Shown here: piece after piece, positions 30,040-49,355 of the stretch | How the letters are laid out: each line of letters opens with the position of its first letter | Position numbering within the stretch: position 1 is the stretch's first letter | NCBI RefSeq assembly: GCF_009914755.1 | Contig: NC_060932.1 | Source: the human T2T-CHM13v2.0 reference genome, Homo sapiens | Strand: one strand, 5' to 3' | DNA length: 64,000 bases | Translations under genes and position numbers: made by a program | Notes under the pieces: model-generated | Databases searched by the model: none | What the model was told of the DNA's origin: nothing | What the model saw: only the letters and a program-made list of their open reading frames with translations

Positions 30040-30527
30040 CTGGAGGGGAGAAGCATCGGTCAGGAGACCCCAAAGACCCTCTCCTTTCCCAGCCTCAGGA
30101 TGCAACCTTCTCCCCGGAATCCAAGGCCGGGGTCCGCCCGGAGCTCGCAGAGCCCCACCCCCAGCCCCTTCTCCAGAGCGTCCGCCGTCACAGCATCCCC
30201 GCCGGGAGACGTCTGGCCTCTGGGGCGAGGTGACAGCTCGAGACGCCTCCGCCCCGCGCCGGCACCTGTGTGGGGGAGCGGATGGGGGGCGTCCTCTTCT
30301 CCCCGGGGAGCTGCAGGTGCGTCCGGACAGGAATGAGCGGCAGGGGCGGGAGCGGGTGGGACCTGCCACTGGGGGGAGGGGCGCGTGCCAGGTCCCCACC
30401 CCCACCCCTGGGCTGGGGGGCCGGGAACCCCGGGCCGAGTCCCCTCCCTTGGCCTTCCGCGCGCGCCTCGGCGCTCACCGCGGATGGGGCGTGGAGCGCG
30501 GGCCTCGGGGTCGGGGGGCTCACTCAC

Positions 30528-30620
30528 ATCCCGGGGGTGTCCGCACTCCGGGCTCGGGCGGCGTGCGCGGCGCGGGGAGCTGTGCCCTTCGGTCTCCCTG
30601 CGGACCGGAATCCGGGCGCA
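30528..30620 (-). other. LY6H: LY6H upstream exon ending in AT (5' boundary approximate); supplies the split start codon of the 161-aa isoform
   Basis: ...CCCGGGAT|GTGAGT donor at 30527. AT plus the first G of the next exon forms an in-frame ATG. Confidence 0.7.
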
Positions 30621-30875
30621 GCCTCGTCTTTCGGGGAACGCAGCCGCAGACGCGGACCCCGCGCGAGGGGCGGGGCGGAGCCGGGGCGGGGGCCGCGCGG
30701 GGGGCGGGGGCGGCTGGGAGACGCGCGGGGCGGGGGGCGCCCGGGGCTCGCGGCCCCCACGCAGGTAGCTGGCCCGGGCCCTCCGCGCCCCCTTGCTGGC
30801 GCGCGCGCTCCCTCGGGTTCCCGCTCCCTCCCTCGCGGCGCCCCCTGCTCCTCCCCAGCCTCCGCGGCCCCCTAC

Positions 30876-30985
30876 CCAGGCGTGGGCAGGATCCCTTCCC
30901 CCTCTGCTTGGCTGAGATCCCCTTGGAATTTCTCGGAAGAACGTTTACTGCGAAAGGAAGCAAAATGCACAAAGACGCAGAGAGG
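30876..30985 (-). other. LY6H: Possible alternative non-coding first exon of LY6H
   Basis: Lower-GC pocket within the CpG island ending in CCTGG|GTAGGG. The start site is inferred, not seen. Confidence 0.4.
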
Positions 30986-31569
30986 GGGAGGTACCCGGCG
31001 CGGCGCCACGCGCAGGTCCGGGTTCGCAGACCCCTGGGGTCAGACTCCCGCCCTGGGGCCCCGCCCTCCCCCTCCTCCCCGCCCCTCCCCAACCTCATAC
31101 CCGTTTCCCCGTTTCCCCGTTTCCAGTGGCTCCAGGCCGTTCTCCTCCCCTGAGCATCCATGAAGACCCCCACCAGAAGCCGCAGCCCCAGGGGCTTCTG
31201 TCGCCAAATACTCCCACACTCGGAGGTAAAGGTACAAATCCTGGCCAGAGCATCCGAGCCTTGGACCCGTTTCTCGGCTTCCTTGGCCTTCCCGCCCTGC
31301 CCTCCAGCTCCCTAAAAGCTGTGCCTTTGCACGTGTCCCTGTGCCTGAAATCCGCCTCCCCGGGGCACTGGGGAAGCCCCGATCTGCCATCGTGCCTTTG
31401 GTCCTGCTCCCTTTCATTTGACCTGAAAATGTTTACTGCATGCTCCCTGCTGCCCTAGCCCTGCCCTGAGCCCTGGGAAAGGGCATGAGGAGAGAGACCT
31501 GGTTTCTGCCCTCCTGACTCTCCCCTTGGACAAATGGTGATGCCTACTGCAGCATATCTTTGCAGGATG

Positions 31570-31810
31570 TGACAGAGCTAACATTTATTGAGCATGTACT
31601 ATGGATTCCACCTGTTCTAGACACTTCATATTTATTATCTCCTTATAGTCTCACCACAGCCCTGCTGTGCAGATAGTATCATTTCCATCTCACAGATGAG
31701 GAGACTCACACGGAAAGGCGGCGCTCCCTGCTCGGGGTCACACAGTGACGCAGGTGACAGGTGACCCAGCTGAAGTGGGAACCCAAGCAGCTTGGGCTAC
31801 AGGGACTGCA
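31570..31810. mobile_element. MIR
   Basis: 'agctaacatttattgagcatgtactatg...catttccatctcacagatgaggagact...ggtcacacag'. Confidence 0.8.
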
Positions 31811-32559
31811 CACCTCCGCTCCATTGTGGCTCCAGAGGGGTGGAGGCAAGGACGAGATGGACAAGAGACCACCACAGGAGCGTGCTTTGCCTCAGGGTCA
31901 GGGAGAGCTTCTCCCAGGACCTGATACTTTAGCCGAGAACTGAATGAGGAGTTGAGATTCATAAGGTGCAGAGGGCAAGAGCTAGATCAAGGTTCAAACA
32001 CAATTCTTTTCAAAACATACAGAGCTCGCAAGAAAGTAAAAGAAATCTGAGTCCATAAAGAAAGAAGTAAATAGAATAATGGACTCCCAAAGTCTGCCCA
32101 CTGAGCAGGAGGCAGATGTGAAACTCACAGTGGTCCTGGGCAGACCTGGACCCCCACGGGGTCTGAGGTCCCGGAAGCAGAGCCTGAGGCAGGGATTCCA
32201 GAGCAAGCCCTTTGGTTGGAGGTGGGGATAGCAGCCCTGGGGAGTGGGGAAGTGGTCCAGGGTGGGGAAGGAGGCTGGCAAGCATGTGGTACTCAGCAAC
32301 CCCCCGCAGTGGGGAAATGGAGCCTGACCCCAGAGAGGTACTCTGGGAAGTGGTGTAAACTGTGAGCCTCAGGTGAACTCACCCAAGGGATGAGGGAACA
32401 GGTATTTCACAGCGACACCCAAGAGTCATTGATTGAGGGCTGCCCCGAGGGATGCTTTCTCCTGCACCCTCCACTTGGCACCCACACAGAGCCCTCCGGG
32501 GAGCCAGGGTGGTCCCAGGTCAGTAGCATCCCTGCTTGCAAAAGCAAAACCAACGATGA

Positions 32560-35180
<2,621 letters not shown>

Positions 35181-35182
35181 AG

Positions 35183-36246
<1,064 letters not shown>

Positions 36247-36329
36247 TTAGACTTGCCAGCCTCCTTCATCCTGGAAGCCAATTTTCAAAAACCTCTCTGC
36301 ACGTGTGCATCCCATTGGTTCTGTTCTCT

Positions 36330-36930
36330 GATCAATGCAAGGAGGGCCCTACAGCAGAGGGCTTGCCAGCCACTCAGGGAGTTGCGGCTCTGGGCCCCTT
36401 TCCTTCCACCCTCCTGGTCCTGCCCTCCATATCAAAAGACGACTGGCCAGAGAGAAAAGCTTGGGAATGGCTTTGAGGTACACGATCAAAGATGTCTGCA
36501 GAAATGGGAAACGCAAAGGGTTGAAGAGAGGGATGGATGCTATTGATCGACATCTCAGAAGATCCTCTGACTGCCTTATGGAGAATGGACTGGAAGGTTC
36601 TAGAACAGAACAGGGAAGCTGGTGAGGAGGACGTGGCTGGGACCAGGGCAATGGCCGTGGAAATGGCCATGGAAGTGGGTGGGCTTGCAAGGCTTGGTGA
36701 TGTCTCTGTGCAGGATGCCTGCCTCCTGGGCCGGGAGCTGGGGATGCAGATGGGCCGAGGGTGTGGGGCTGGGAGGAATGGTCACTAGAGAGGTGTGTGA
36801 AGCACTTTCTTAAGTCAGAGATGCCTGGGAGGCCTCCAGCAAGAGAACTCAAGGACATCAGGGTTGCAGAAGAGAAGCCTTGCCTGGAGACAGACGTGGG
36901 CATTGCTAGCACAAGGAAGAGAGCAGACAC
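36330..36930. mobile_element. L2 remnant
   Basis: 'agaagatcctctgactgccttatggagaatggactggaagg...agggaagctggtgaggagg' and 'gagatgcctgggaggcctccag'. Confidence 0.6.
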
Positions 36931-36931
36931 A

Positions 36932-39460
36932 GTCGTCTAGGAAGTGGAGAGGGGAAGGAAGGTCATCTAGGGAGGAAGTGGGGAGGGGAAGGAAGGTCGT
37001 CTAGGGAGGAAGTGGAGAGGGAAGGAAGGTCGTCTAGGGAGGAAGTGGAGAGGGGAAGGAAGGTCATCTAGGGAGGAAGTGGAGAGGGGAAGGAAGGTCA
37101 TCTAGGGAGGATGTGGGGAGGGGAAGGAAGGTCGTCTAGGGAGGAAGTGGAGAGGGGAAGGAAGGTCGTCTAGGGAGGAAGTGGAGAGGGGAAGGAAGGT
37201 CGTCTAGGGAGGAAGTGGAGAGGGGAAGGAAGGTCATCTAGGGAGGATGTGGGGAGGGGAAGGAAGGTCGTCTAGGGAGGAAGTGGAGAGGGAAGGAAGG
37301 TCGTCTAGGGAGGAAGTGGAGAGGGGAAGGAAGGTCATCTAGGGAGGAAGTGGAGAGGGGAAGGAAGGTCATCTAGGGAGGATGTGGGGAGGGGAAGGAA
37401 GGTCGTCTAGGGAGGAAGTGGAGAGGGGAAGGAAGGTCGTCTAGGGAGGAAGTGGAGAGGGGAAGGAAGGTCGTCTAGGGAGGAAGTGGAGAGGGAAGGA
37501 AGGTCGTCTAGGGAGGAAGTGGGGAGGGGAAGGAAGGTCATCTAGGGAGGACGTGGGGAGGGGAAGGAAGGTCGTCTAGGGAGGAAGTGGAGAGGGGAAG
37601 GAAGGTCGTCTAGGGAGGAAGTGGAGAGGGGAAGGAAGGTCATCTAGGGAGGACGTGGGGAGGGGAAGGAAGGTCATCTAGGGAGGACGTGGAGAGGGGA
37701 AGGAAGGTCATCTAGGGAGGACATGGGGAGGGGAAGGAAGGTCGTCTAGGGAGGAAGTGGAGAGGGAAGGAAGGTCGTCTAGGGAGGAAGTGGAGAGGGG
37801 AAGGAAGGTCATCTAGGGAGGAAGTGGAGAGGGGAAGGAAGGTCATCTAGGGAGGACGTGGGGAGGGGAAGGAAGGTCGTCTAGGGAGGAAGTGGAGAGG
37901 GAAGGAAGGTCGTCTAGGGAGGAAGTGGAGAGGGGAAGGAAGGTCATCTAGGGAGGAAGTGGAGAGGGGAAGGAAGGTCATCTAGGGAGGACTTGGGGAG
38001 GGGAAGGAAGGTCGTCTAGGGAGGAAGTGGAGAGGGGAAGGAAGGTCGTCTAGGGAGGAAGTGGAGAGGGGAAGGAAGGTCATCTAGGGAGGACGTGGGG
38101 AGGGGAAGGAAGGTCATCTAGGGAGGACGTGGAGAGGGGAAGGAAGGTCATCTAGGGAGGACATGGGGAGGGGAAGGAAGGTCGTCTAGGGAGGAAGTGG
38201 AGAGGGGAAGGAAGGTCGTCTAGGGAGGAAATGGGGAGGGGAAGGAAGATCGTCTAGGGAGGAAGTGGGGAGGGGAAGGAAGGTCGTCTAGGGAGGAAGT
38301 GGGGAGGGGAAGGAAGGTCATCTAGGGAGGAAGTGGAGAGGGAAGGAAGGTCGTCTAGGGAGGAAGTGGGGAGGGGAAGGAAGGTCGTCTAGGGAGGAAG
38401 TGGGGAGGGGAAGGAAGGTCGTCTAGGGAGGAAGTGGGGAGGGGAAGGAAGGTCATCTAGGGAGGACGTGGGGAGGGGAAGGAAGGTCGTCTAGGGAGGA
38501 CGTGGGGAGGGGAAGGAAGGTCGTCTAGGGAGGAAATGGGGAGGGGAAGGAAGGTCGTCTAGGGAGGAAGTGGGGAGGGGAAGGAAGGTCGTCTAGGGAG
38601 GACATGGGGAGGGGAAGGAAGGTCGTCTAGGGAGGACGTGGAGAGGGGAAGGAAGATCGTCTAGGGAGAAAGTGGGGAGGGGAAGGAAGGTCGTCTAGGG
38701 AGGAAGTGGAGAGGGGAAGGAAGGTCGTCTAGGGAGGAAGTGGAGAGGGGAAGGAAGGTCGTCTAGGGAGGACGTGGAGAGGGGAAGGAAGATCGTCTAG
38801 GGAGAAAGTGGGGAGGGGAAGGAAGGTCATCTAGGGAGGAAGTGGAGAGGGGAAGGAAGGTCGTCTAGGGAGGAAGTGGGGAGGGGAAGGAAGATCGTCT
38901 AGGGAGAAAGTGGGGAGGGGAAGGAAGATCGTCTAGGGAGAAAGTGGGGAGGGGAAGGAAGGTCGTCTAGGGAGGAAGTGGGGAGGGGAAGGAAGGTCGT
39001 CTAGGGAGGAAGTAGAGAGGGAAGGAAGGTCGTCTAGGGAGGAAGTGGAGAGGGAAGGAAGGTCGTCTAGGGAGGAAGTGGAGAGGGGAAGGAAGATCGT
39101 CTAGGGAGAAAGTGGGGAGGGGAAGGAAGATCGTCTAGGGAGAAAGTGGGGAGGGGAAGGAAGATCGTCTAGGGAGAAAGTGGGGAGGGGAAGGAAGGTC
39201 GTCTAGGGAGGAAGTGGAGAGGGGAAGGAAGGTCGTCTAGGGAGGAAGTGGAGAGGGAAGGAAGGTCGTCTAGGGAGGAAGTGGAGAGGGAAGGAAGGTC
39301 GTCTAGGGAGGAAGTGGAGAGGGGAAGGAAGATCGTCTAGGGAGAAAGTGGGGAGGGGAAGGAAGGTCGTCTAGGGAGGAAGTGGAGAGGGGAAGGAAGG
39401 TCGTCTAGAGAGGAAGTGGAGAAAGGAAGGAAGGTCATCTAAGGAAGAAGTGGAGAGGGA
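36932..39460. repeat. Large purine-rich VNTR, 33-34-bp unit, about 74 copies
   Basis: Unit gtc(g/a)tctagggagga(a/c/t)gtgg(a/g)gaggg(g)aaggaag. CTAG in every unit closes all reading frames. Confidence 0.97.
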
Positions 39461-41129
39461 AAGAAAGAGGTCCCCAGGCCCACTCCTGGAGGCGCTGGCC
39501 ATGGGGTCCTGCCTTGAGTAGCAGATGGCAAGGGCTCTTCTTGCCACGGGTACAGCACAAGTCAGGCCCTGAGATCGGTGCCTGACGCCCACCACAACTG
39601 TGAGCCTCCCCATGTGACACTGACCACGCAGGGCTGAGTCTCAGGGCTGCCCTCAGGCTAGGGTGCTCTCCGTCATCCACATAGGTTGGCTGGAATCCCA
39701 GCAAGGGTTCACACTCTGGGCCCTTCCCATCTCCACTCCTCTTGTTCCTGCCAAGCCACCTCCCTCCCCTTTAGCCAAGCCACTCCCAAGGGTCCCAGAG
39801 CCACCTCTTCCCAGGCAGGGCCCACAGGTATCCTCCAGCAAAATCCCACTGAGCCTCCTGCTTCCAAAGCACTCCCTCTTCCCTCCCCCAACCCCACCTC
39901 ACCCTGCACCCCTCTAACTCCTTCTCAGCTTCTCCTCTCGGCCTAAATGTTCCCTCTGACCCCCAGATCAGGTGTGTGGAGGGCACAGGGGCTCTGGGGA
40001 GCACAGGAGCATGAGGGGACACCGGGGCTCTGGGAGGCCACAGGGGTGCAGCCCCTCCATGTGGATCTTGTCCCACCAGGGACCGTCGGCTCCTTACAGG
40101 TGGGTATCTTGTGGACGTTGCTGTCACCGGCAGCCGGGGCAGGTCCCGACGCAGAGCCCCTGGCTGCACTGACGCCTCTCCCGGTTCCATTCCTGCCCAT
40201 CATCCTCCTGCTTACCCTCCCTGGGTCCAGGGTCAAGGCCATAAAGGAAGAGGCCTGAAGAGGAAGTTTTACCAGGACCAGCCACAGTCTCACACCTGCT
40301 CCCACACCTGCCACTTCCTCCTGTATCTCCACCACCCCCTACCCCACACCTTCCTCCCTCTCAACCCTGGCTCATGCAGTTCCTCCCTCTGCAACATCCT
40401 CCCCTCCAGAGCCAGGACACAGGGAGCTCCTCCCAGCCTGTCCTTATGCACTGAACAGTCCCCAGCACGCCCTCCGGTGGCCTGGGCACACAGTGAGGGT
40501 CAGGTCTCAGGCCCCTGCATCCTCCCCGAATGTCCCATCCCTCTCAGAACCTCACACACGGACAGTCAGCCTAACCGTGGACCTCTCCCTGCCACCTGAC
40601 CATGAGCCAGCACGAGGCACCTGGCTCCGTCCCCTGGAAAGGGGCTGCAGGGATGGGTGAGGCAGTGAGAGACCTGGTCAGAGACGTGGTCGGACAAGGC
40701 CCCTCCTGGGGGACACTGAGCCAGGCCTGAGGACTCTGCGGGTTCTGGAGGGAGGAGAGAGCAGGGGATGGAGCTGAGTGAGGGCGGGCTAAGGGGGATG
40801 GAGGACGGGGGGCAGCTGAGGTCACAGCAGTGGCAGAGATGGCTCAGGCTGTGTGCTGGGAAAGGGGCAAGATTTTATACTAAAGGCCACAGGGGCCAGG
40901 GAAGTGTTTGAGGCGGGGTGGTATTTGGGTCCAGCCGTGCTCGCCTGTGTTTGATGTGTCCGTTTCAAATTTCACACTGCCTTTGCCATGGGGCAGCGGA
41001 CAAGCACAGGTGCCCTGGCACAAGGCTGGCCTCTGCGTCTCTTAGCTGGACCCAGAGTCCCTGTATAAGAGTGGGGGACTGTGGGTGGCACTCAGTAGGT
41101 GTCCCTGTACAAGAGTGGAGGGGCTGTGG

Positions 41130-41772
41130 GTGGCACTCAGTGGTGGTCCCTGCTGACCACAGCCAGTCTACTCCTAGAATAGGAATCTCTGCCAAGTTAC
41201 CCTTCAGAGACTTGAAAGTTCCCTGCCAGGCCTCGAGCAAGGCAGGCCCTACCTTCCAGTGCCTAGGTCTGTGGGATGGTGGACAGGCTCCAGGGGCCCC
41301 CAGTGCTCCACGCCCCTGCGGCTCTCACCCTCAGGGACTCCCCTCCCCTTTCACACAGGCTGCTCCTGCCAACTTACTTCTGATGAAGCTGGCACAGCAG
41401 AGTGACGGGATGTGGCTCCCGAGATCCGGTTACAAAGCCTGTGGCTCTGTCTTCGCTGTGCTCTCTGGCTCTCTGGCATCCTGGGGGGTGCTGGCTGCTG
41501 TGCTGGGAGGAAGCCCTGTGGACAAGCCCAGGTGACAGCGATGAGGGGCTGAGTCAACAGCTGTGCAAGTGAGCTGGGGAGCAGATCCCCTAAGCTGAGC
41601 CTTCAGATGAGCCTGCAGCCCCAACCCAAAGGCTCGGTACAACCCACGAGAGATGGTAAGCCAGAGCCACCACAGAGCCTGGATTCCCGCCCCACAGACA
41701 CTGAGAGAATAAACTGTGTTGTTTTAAGTCCCTGTGTTTGGGGGCAATTTGCCACACAGTAAAAGACAGCAC
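41130..41772 (+). mobile_element. MLT1 (MaLR) LTR
   Basis: 'agctgagccttcagatgagcctgcagcccc...cctggattcccgccccacagacactgagagaataaactgtgttgttttaagtcc...ggggcaatttgccacacag'. Confidence 0.7.
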
Positions 41773-42804
41773 AGGTGGGTAGGGCCTGGCTTGTGCATAA
41801 CCTGGGATGGGGCAAGGGGTGCCAGGACACCCAGAGAGTCATGTCTAAGCGGGGGCAGAGCCTACAAATGCCAGAGGCGAGACCTGGCTCTGGGCTGCTC
41901 TTGGAGCAGAGACCCGGCTCTCCCCACACTGGGCTCGGTTGCCAGGGAGACGGAGATTCCTAACCCGGTTTCCAGGCTACTCTGCCGTCCTCCCCATGCA
42001 CGTGGGTCGGTTTCACCCTATCAGGATTTTTGCAAACAAGAATAACAACCGTGGTCATGATTAGCAGAAGAAAGGTCTTTAATGACACAGAGCAAACCAA
42101 TGTCAAGGTGTGGCCCTGGCCCTTTCAGTTTGCACAGCCCTGCAGGGAGCTGGGGACAGGGGCCGCACCTTCCTCCTCCCAGTCTAACCCGGCCCAGATG
42201 CCTGTTTCCGGGGACGTAGGGCAGCGACAGGGTGATGGGGCTGCCTGGACACGCTGTCTGGGGATACTTCAACAAGCATCCTGCAACCGTGGCCCAAGCC
42301 TCCTTTCTATGCTCAAGGTCTGGCAGTGATTGGCGCACCAGCTGTTCACACCGCAGAACCACCTCCCAGAGGCGAGGCAGGACCAGAACCAGGGGCAGTG
42401 TCAGAGGCCGCTGCTCTTGGGCCTTTTGCTTCAGGCATCTGGAAGCACTGAGGCCGACAGATGCAGAGGGGACAGGCCGTGGTGGAGGCGTGGGGGCGGG
42501 CCCACCAGAGAGGTGCCGCACAGCTCCCTGTCTTGAGTTTTAGCCACCACTGTCAGCACCCTCCGAGCTGCTGGAGGTGGGACCCGGGCGAGTCTCAGAG
42601 AAGATGCACCTGTCCCGAGGGCTTGCACCTGAGTTACAGAGAAGAAGGCATTTCCCAAAAGACAGGCCCTACCCTCCAGAGGGTCTGCTAGGGTAGGACA
42701 GAGACACTCTCATGCACACAATAAGCATTTGCTGAGGAGCTGTGGTGCTCAGATAAGGAGAGAAGCCCCTGATCCCCGAGGGCTTCCAGGACAGTGGGGG
42801 AGAC

Positions 42805-43540
42805 AGTGTGCAGTGTGGGGCCCCACGGAGACGTTCATGGCCCAGCTCCCAGGACCCGCGAATGCGGCCTTACGGAAAAAGGGGTCTTTGCAGATATAAT
42901 TAAGGATCTCAAGATCATCCTGCATTTGGGCTGGGTCCTAAATCCAGTGACAAGGGTCCTTACAAGAGAGAGAAGAGGAGAGGAGCACAGAGGAGGAGGC
43001 CACGTGACCCCAGAGCAGATTGGAGTCATGGCCACAGGCCAAGGAACCCTTCAAGCCACAGAAGCTGGAAGTCAGAGGAGGATCCTGCCCGAGACCCTTC
43101 AGAGCAAATGAAGTCCTGCTGAAACCTTGACTTCAAACTTCTGGCCTCCAAAACCACAAAAGAATACATTTCTGGGCCGGGCGCGGTGGCTCACGCCTGT
43201 AATCCCAGCACTTTGGGAGGCCGAGGCGGGTGGATCACGAGCTCAGGAGATCGAGACCATCCTGGCTAACACGGTGAAACCCCGTCTCTACTAAAAATAC
43301 AAAAAAATTAGCTGGGCGTGGTGGCGGGCGCCTGTAGTCCCAGCTACTCGGGAGGCTGAGGCAGGAGAATGGTGTGAACCCAGGAGGTTGGAGCTTGCAG
43401 TGAGCGGAGATCGTGCCACTGCACTCCAGCCTGGATAACAGAGCGAGACTCCGTCTCAAAAAAAAAAAAAAAAGAATACATTTCTGATGTTTTAAGCCAC
43501 AAAGTTTGTGGAGAGCTCTCACAGCATCCCCAGGGGCCCC
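42805..43540 (+). mobile_element. MLT1B/C-like LTR with an AluY inserted (43174-43475)
   Basis: 'ggggtctttgcagatataattaaggatctcaagat...taaatccagtgacaagggtccttacaagaga'. The Alu TSD is aagaatacatttctg. Confidence 0.85.
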
Positions 43541-43599
43541 AGCCATCACCTCTGGCACTGGGTCCTCTTCAGGCTGACTCCTGTGTCCTCTGACATGAC

Positions 43600-44920
<1,321 letters not shown>

Positions 44921-45599
44921 TTCTGTTATTGGAGGGAAGGTCTTGACTGTGAGTTGTCCCGGTTCTTGGCGTGTTGAACAAAGAACTGAACAAAACGCAC
45001 AAACAAAACAACGAAAGAACAAAGCATCAAAAGAAGCAACGAAAGCGCAGATTCATTGACGCGCAAGTGCACTCCGCGGCTGGGAGCGGCTCGAGCAAGC
45101 GGCTCACGAGCCCAACTGCAGTGTTCTTTAGGGTTCTTATGAAGCTGAAGGAATTTGGTAACACCCCTAGGTGCCCTTTGGAGACCTCCAGCAGGTTACA
45201 TCTCATGAAGGATTGGCCTGCGCTGTGATCAATCAGTCAAGAGTCTGAAGTGGAGACTTCCGTCTCGTCATCCCAAGAGCGGATGTGGCCCGTGTGCTGC
45301 CTCGTCTTGCCTGGAACTGGCTGCACCTGCTCCTCTTTCACTTATGCCTTAACCCGTGGCGACCCTAATTCCCTATCCTCCTGCCTCATTTCCCACTGAG
45401 AGACATGATCCCCATAAATCTTTTTTTTTTTTTACTGTCCCTGCCTACTGGGGGTCCTGGCTCTCTGTCCCTAGGTAGTTAGGTGGGTATCCGTGGATCC
45501 AGCAGCCTTGTGCTTGCTTGTAAAGGGTGTAGCTGACCTGACCCAGTCACAATGGTTGGGCATTTGGGCCCAATTTTGGATTTTGTTCCCAAACTGGCT

Positions 45600-48450
<2,851 letters not shown>

Positions 48451-48899
48451 CAAGGAGTGTGTCAAGAAACTGCTGGATCCCAATTAGGGCTGGTGGTGGG
48501 CGCCATGTCTGGGCCCAGGTGATTGCCCTGGGGATTTCAGGCCAACATATTGTCTGCCTCGCGGCGGGCAGCCTCAAAAACCCTTTCCTTTTCCATAGGG
48601 GTGCAGTCGGTTGCCAGAATGAATTGGACCTCTCTCCACGATCAATCGAAAGCCAGAGCCAAGGTTTGGAAACAGCCTGCAAAGCTACCAGCGTCCTCAG
48701 AATCCCTTCCCAGCTTTTCTTTACATTGTTGCCTATCAGTCATGGGAAATGGGACTTGCATTCAAGCTGTGGCCCTCCCGCCCCCGCGGCTTCCCTGGGA
48801 GGCGAAGCTGGCCCTCCTGCCCCCGCGGCTTCCCTGGGAGGCAACAGTGCGGGGAGCTGCTGAGTCGGGTGCTCCACTGCTGGTGTGTTAGGGGCTTCG

Positions 48900-49355
48900 T
48901 GTAGTTTGTTCCTCTGGCTGGCCTGGCATAGTTGGAGCATGTGGCAAAGGATCATTTGGGGGTGGCCATAGTTCCCTCTGAGAGAAAAGGGGTCTTGGAC
49001 GAGGGGGTCATTGCCAGGGTCTGGCTCAGTCTTAGGACTTTCTTTCCGAGGGCCAGTGTTAGGAGCTTTACAGATTGAAGCATTCTGATACAAAGCCATA
49101 AAGGCTTCACTGTATGGTATTTCTGACCATTTACCCTGCCTTTTGCAAAGTAAGTATAATTGTAGGTTAGTATTACGATGTAGCCTTCAATGGTCTGGCC
49201 ATTGCACCTGACTGTCTAGCTGATATTGTGGCCAAGTAGTATTAAAATAAAAAACTCAAGCATTTTCTTCTCAGATTGTCAGGGTCAAATTGATTTCAAT
49301 GGTTGAGGGTGCAGCCAGGCAGGGAATCAGGTGGAATAGATGGGGGGGGTCCCAT
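48900..49355 (-). pseudogene. ERV gag (matrix) remnant
   Basis: MGPPPSIPPDSLPGCTLNH*NQFDPDNLRRK... and CKRQGKWSEIPYSEAFMALYQN, with stops and frameshifts. Confidence 0.8.

Larger units (their letters stand above)
29700..31150. promoter_or_regulatory. CpG island / LY6H promoter
   Basis: Very high GC and CpG density with several GGGGCGGGG GC boxes (30640-30750), overlapping the 5' exons. Confidence 0.88.

Noticed and set aside
29660-31173. Long ORFs over the LY6H 5' end (497 aa, 297 aa, 217 aa)
   Set aside because: The CpG island is stop-poor; the translations are G/R/P/A low-complexity and antisense or out of frame to the real exons.
36932-39460. CRISPR-like regular array
   Set aside because: Head-to-tail units with no unique spacers, in a eukaryotic context with no cas genes.
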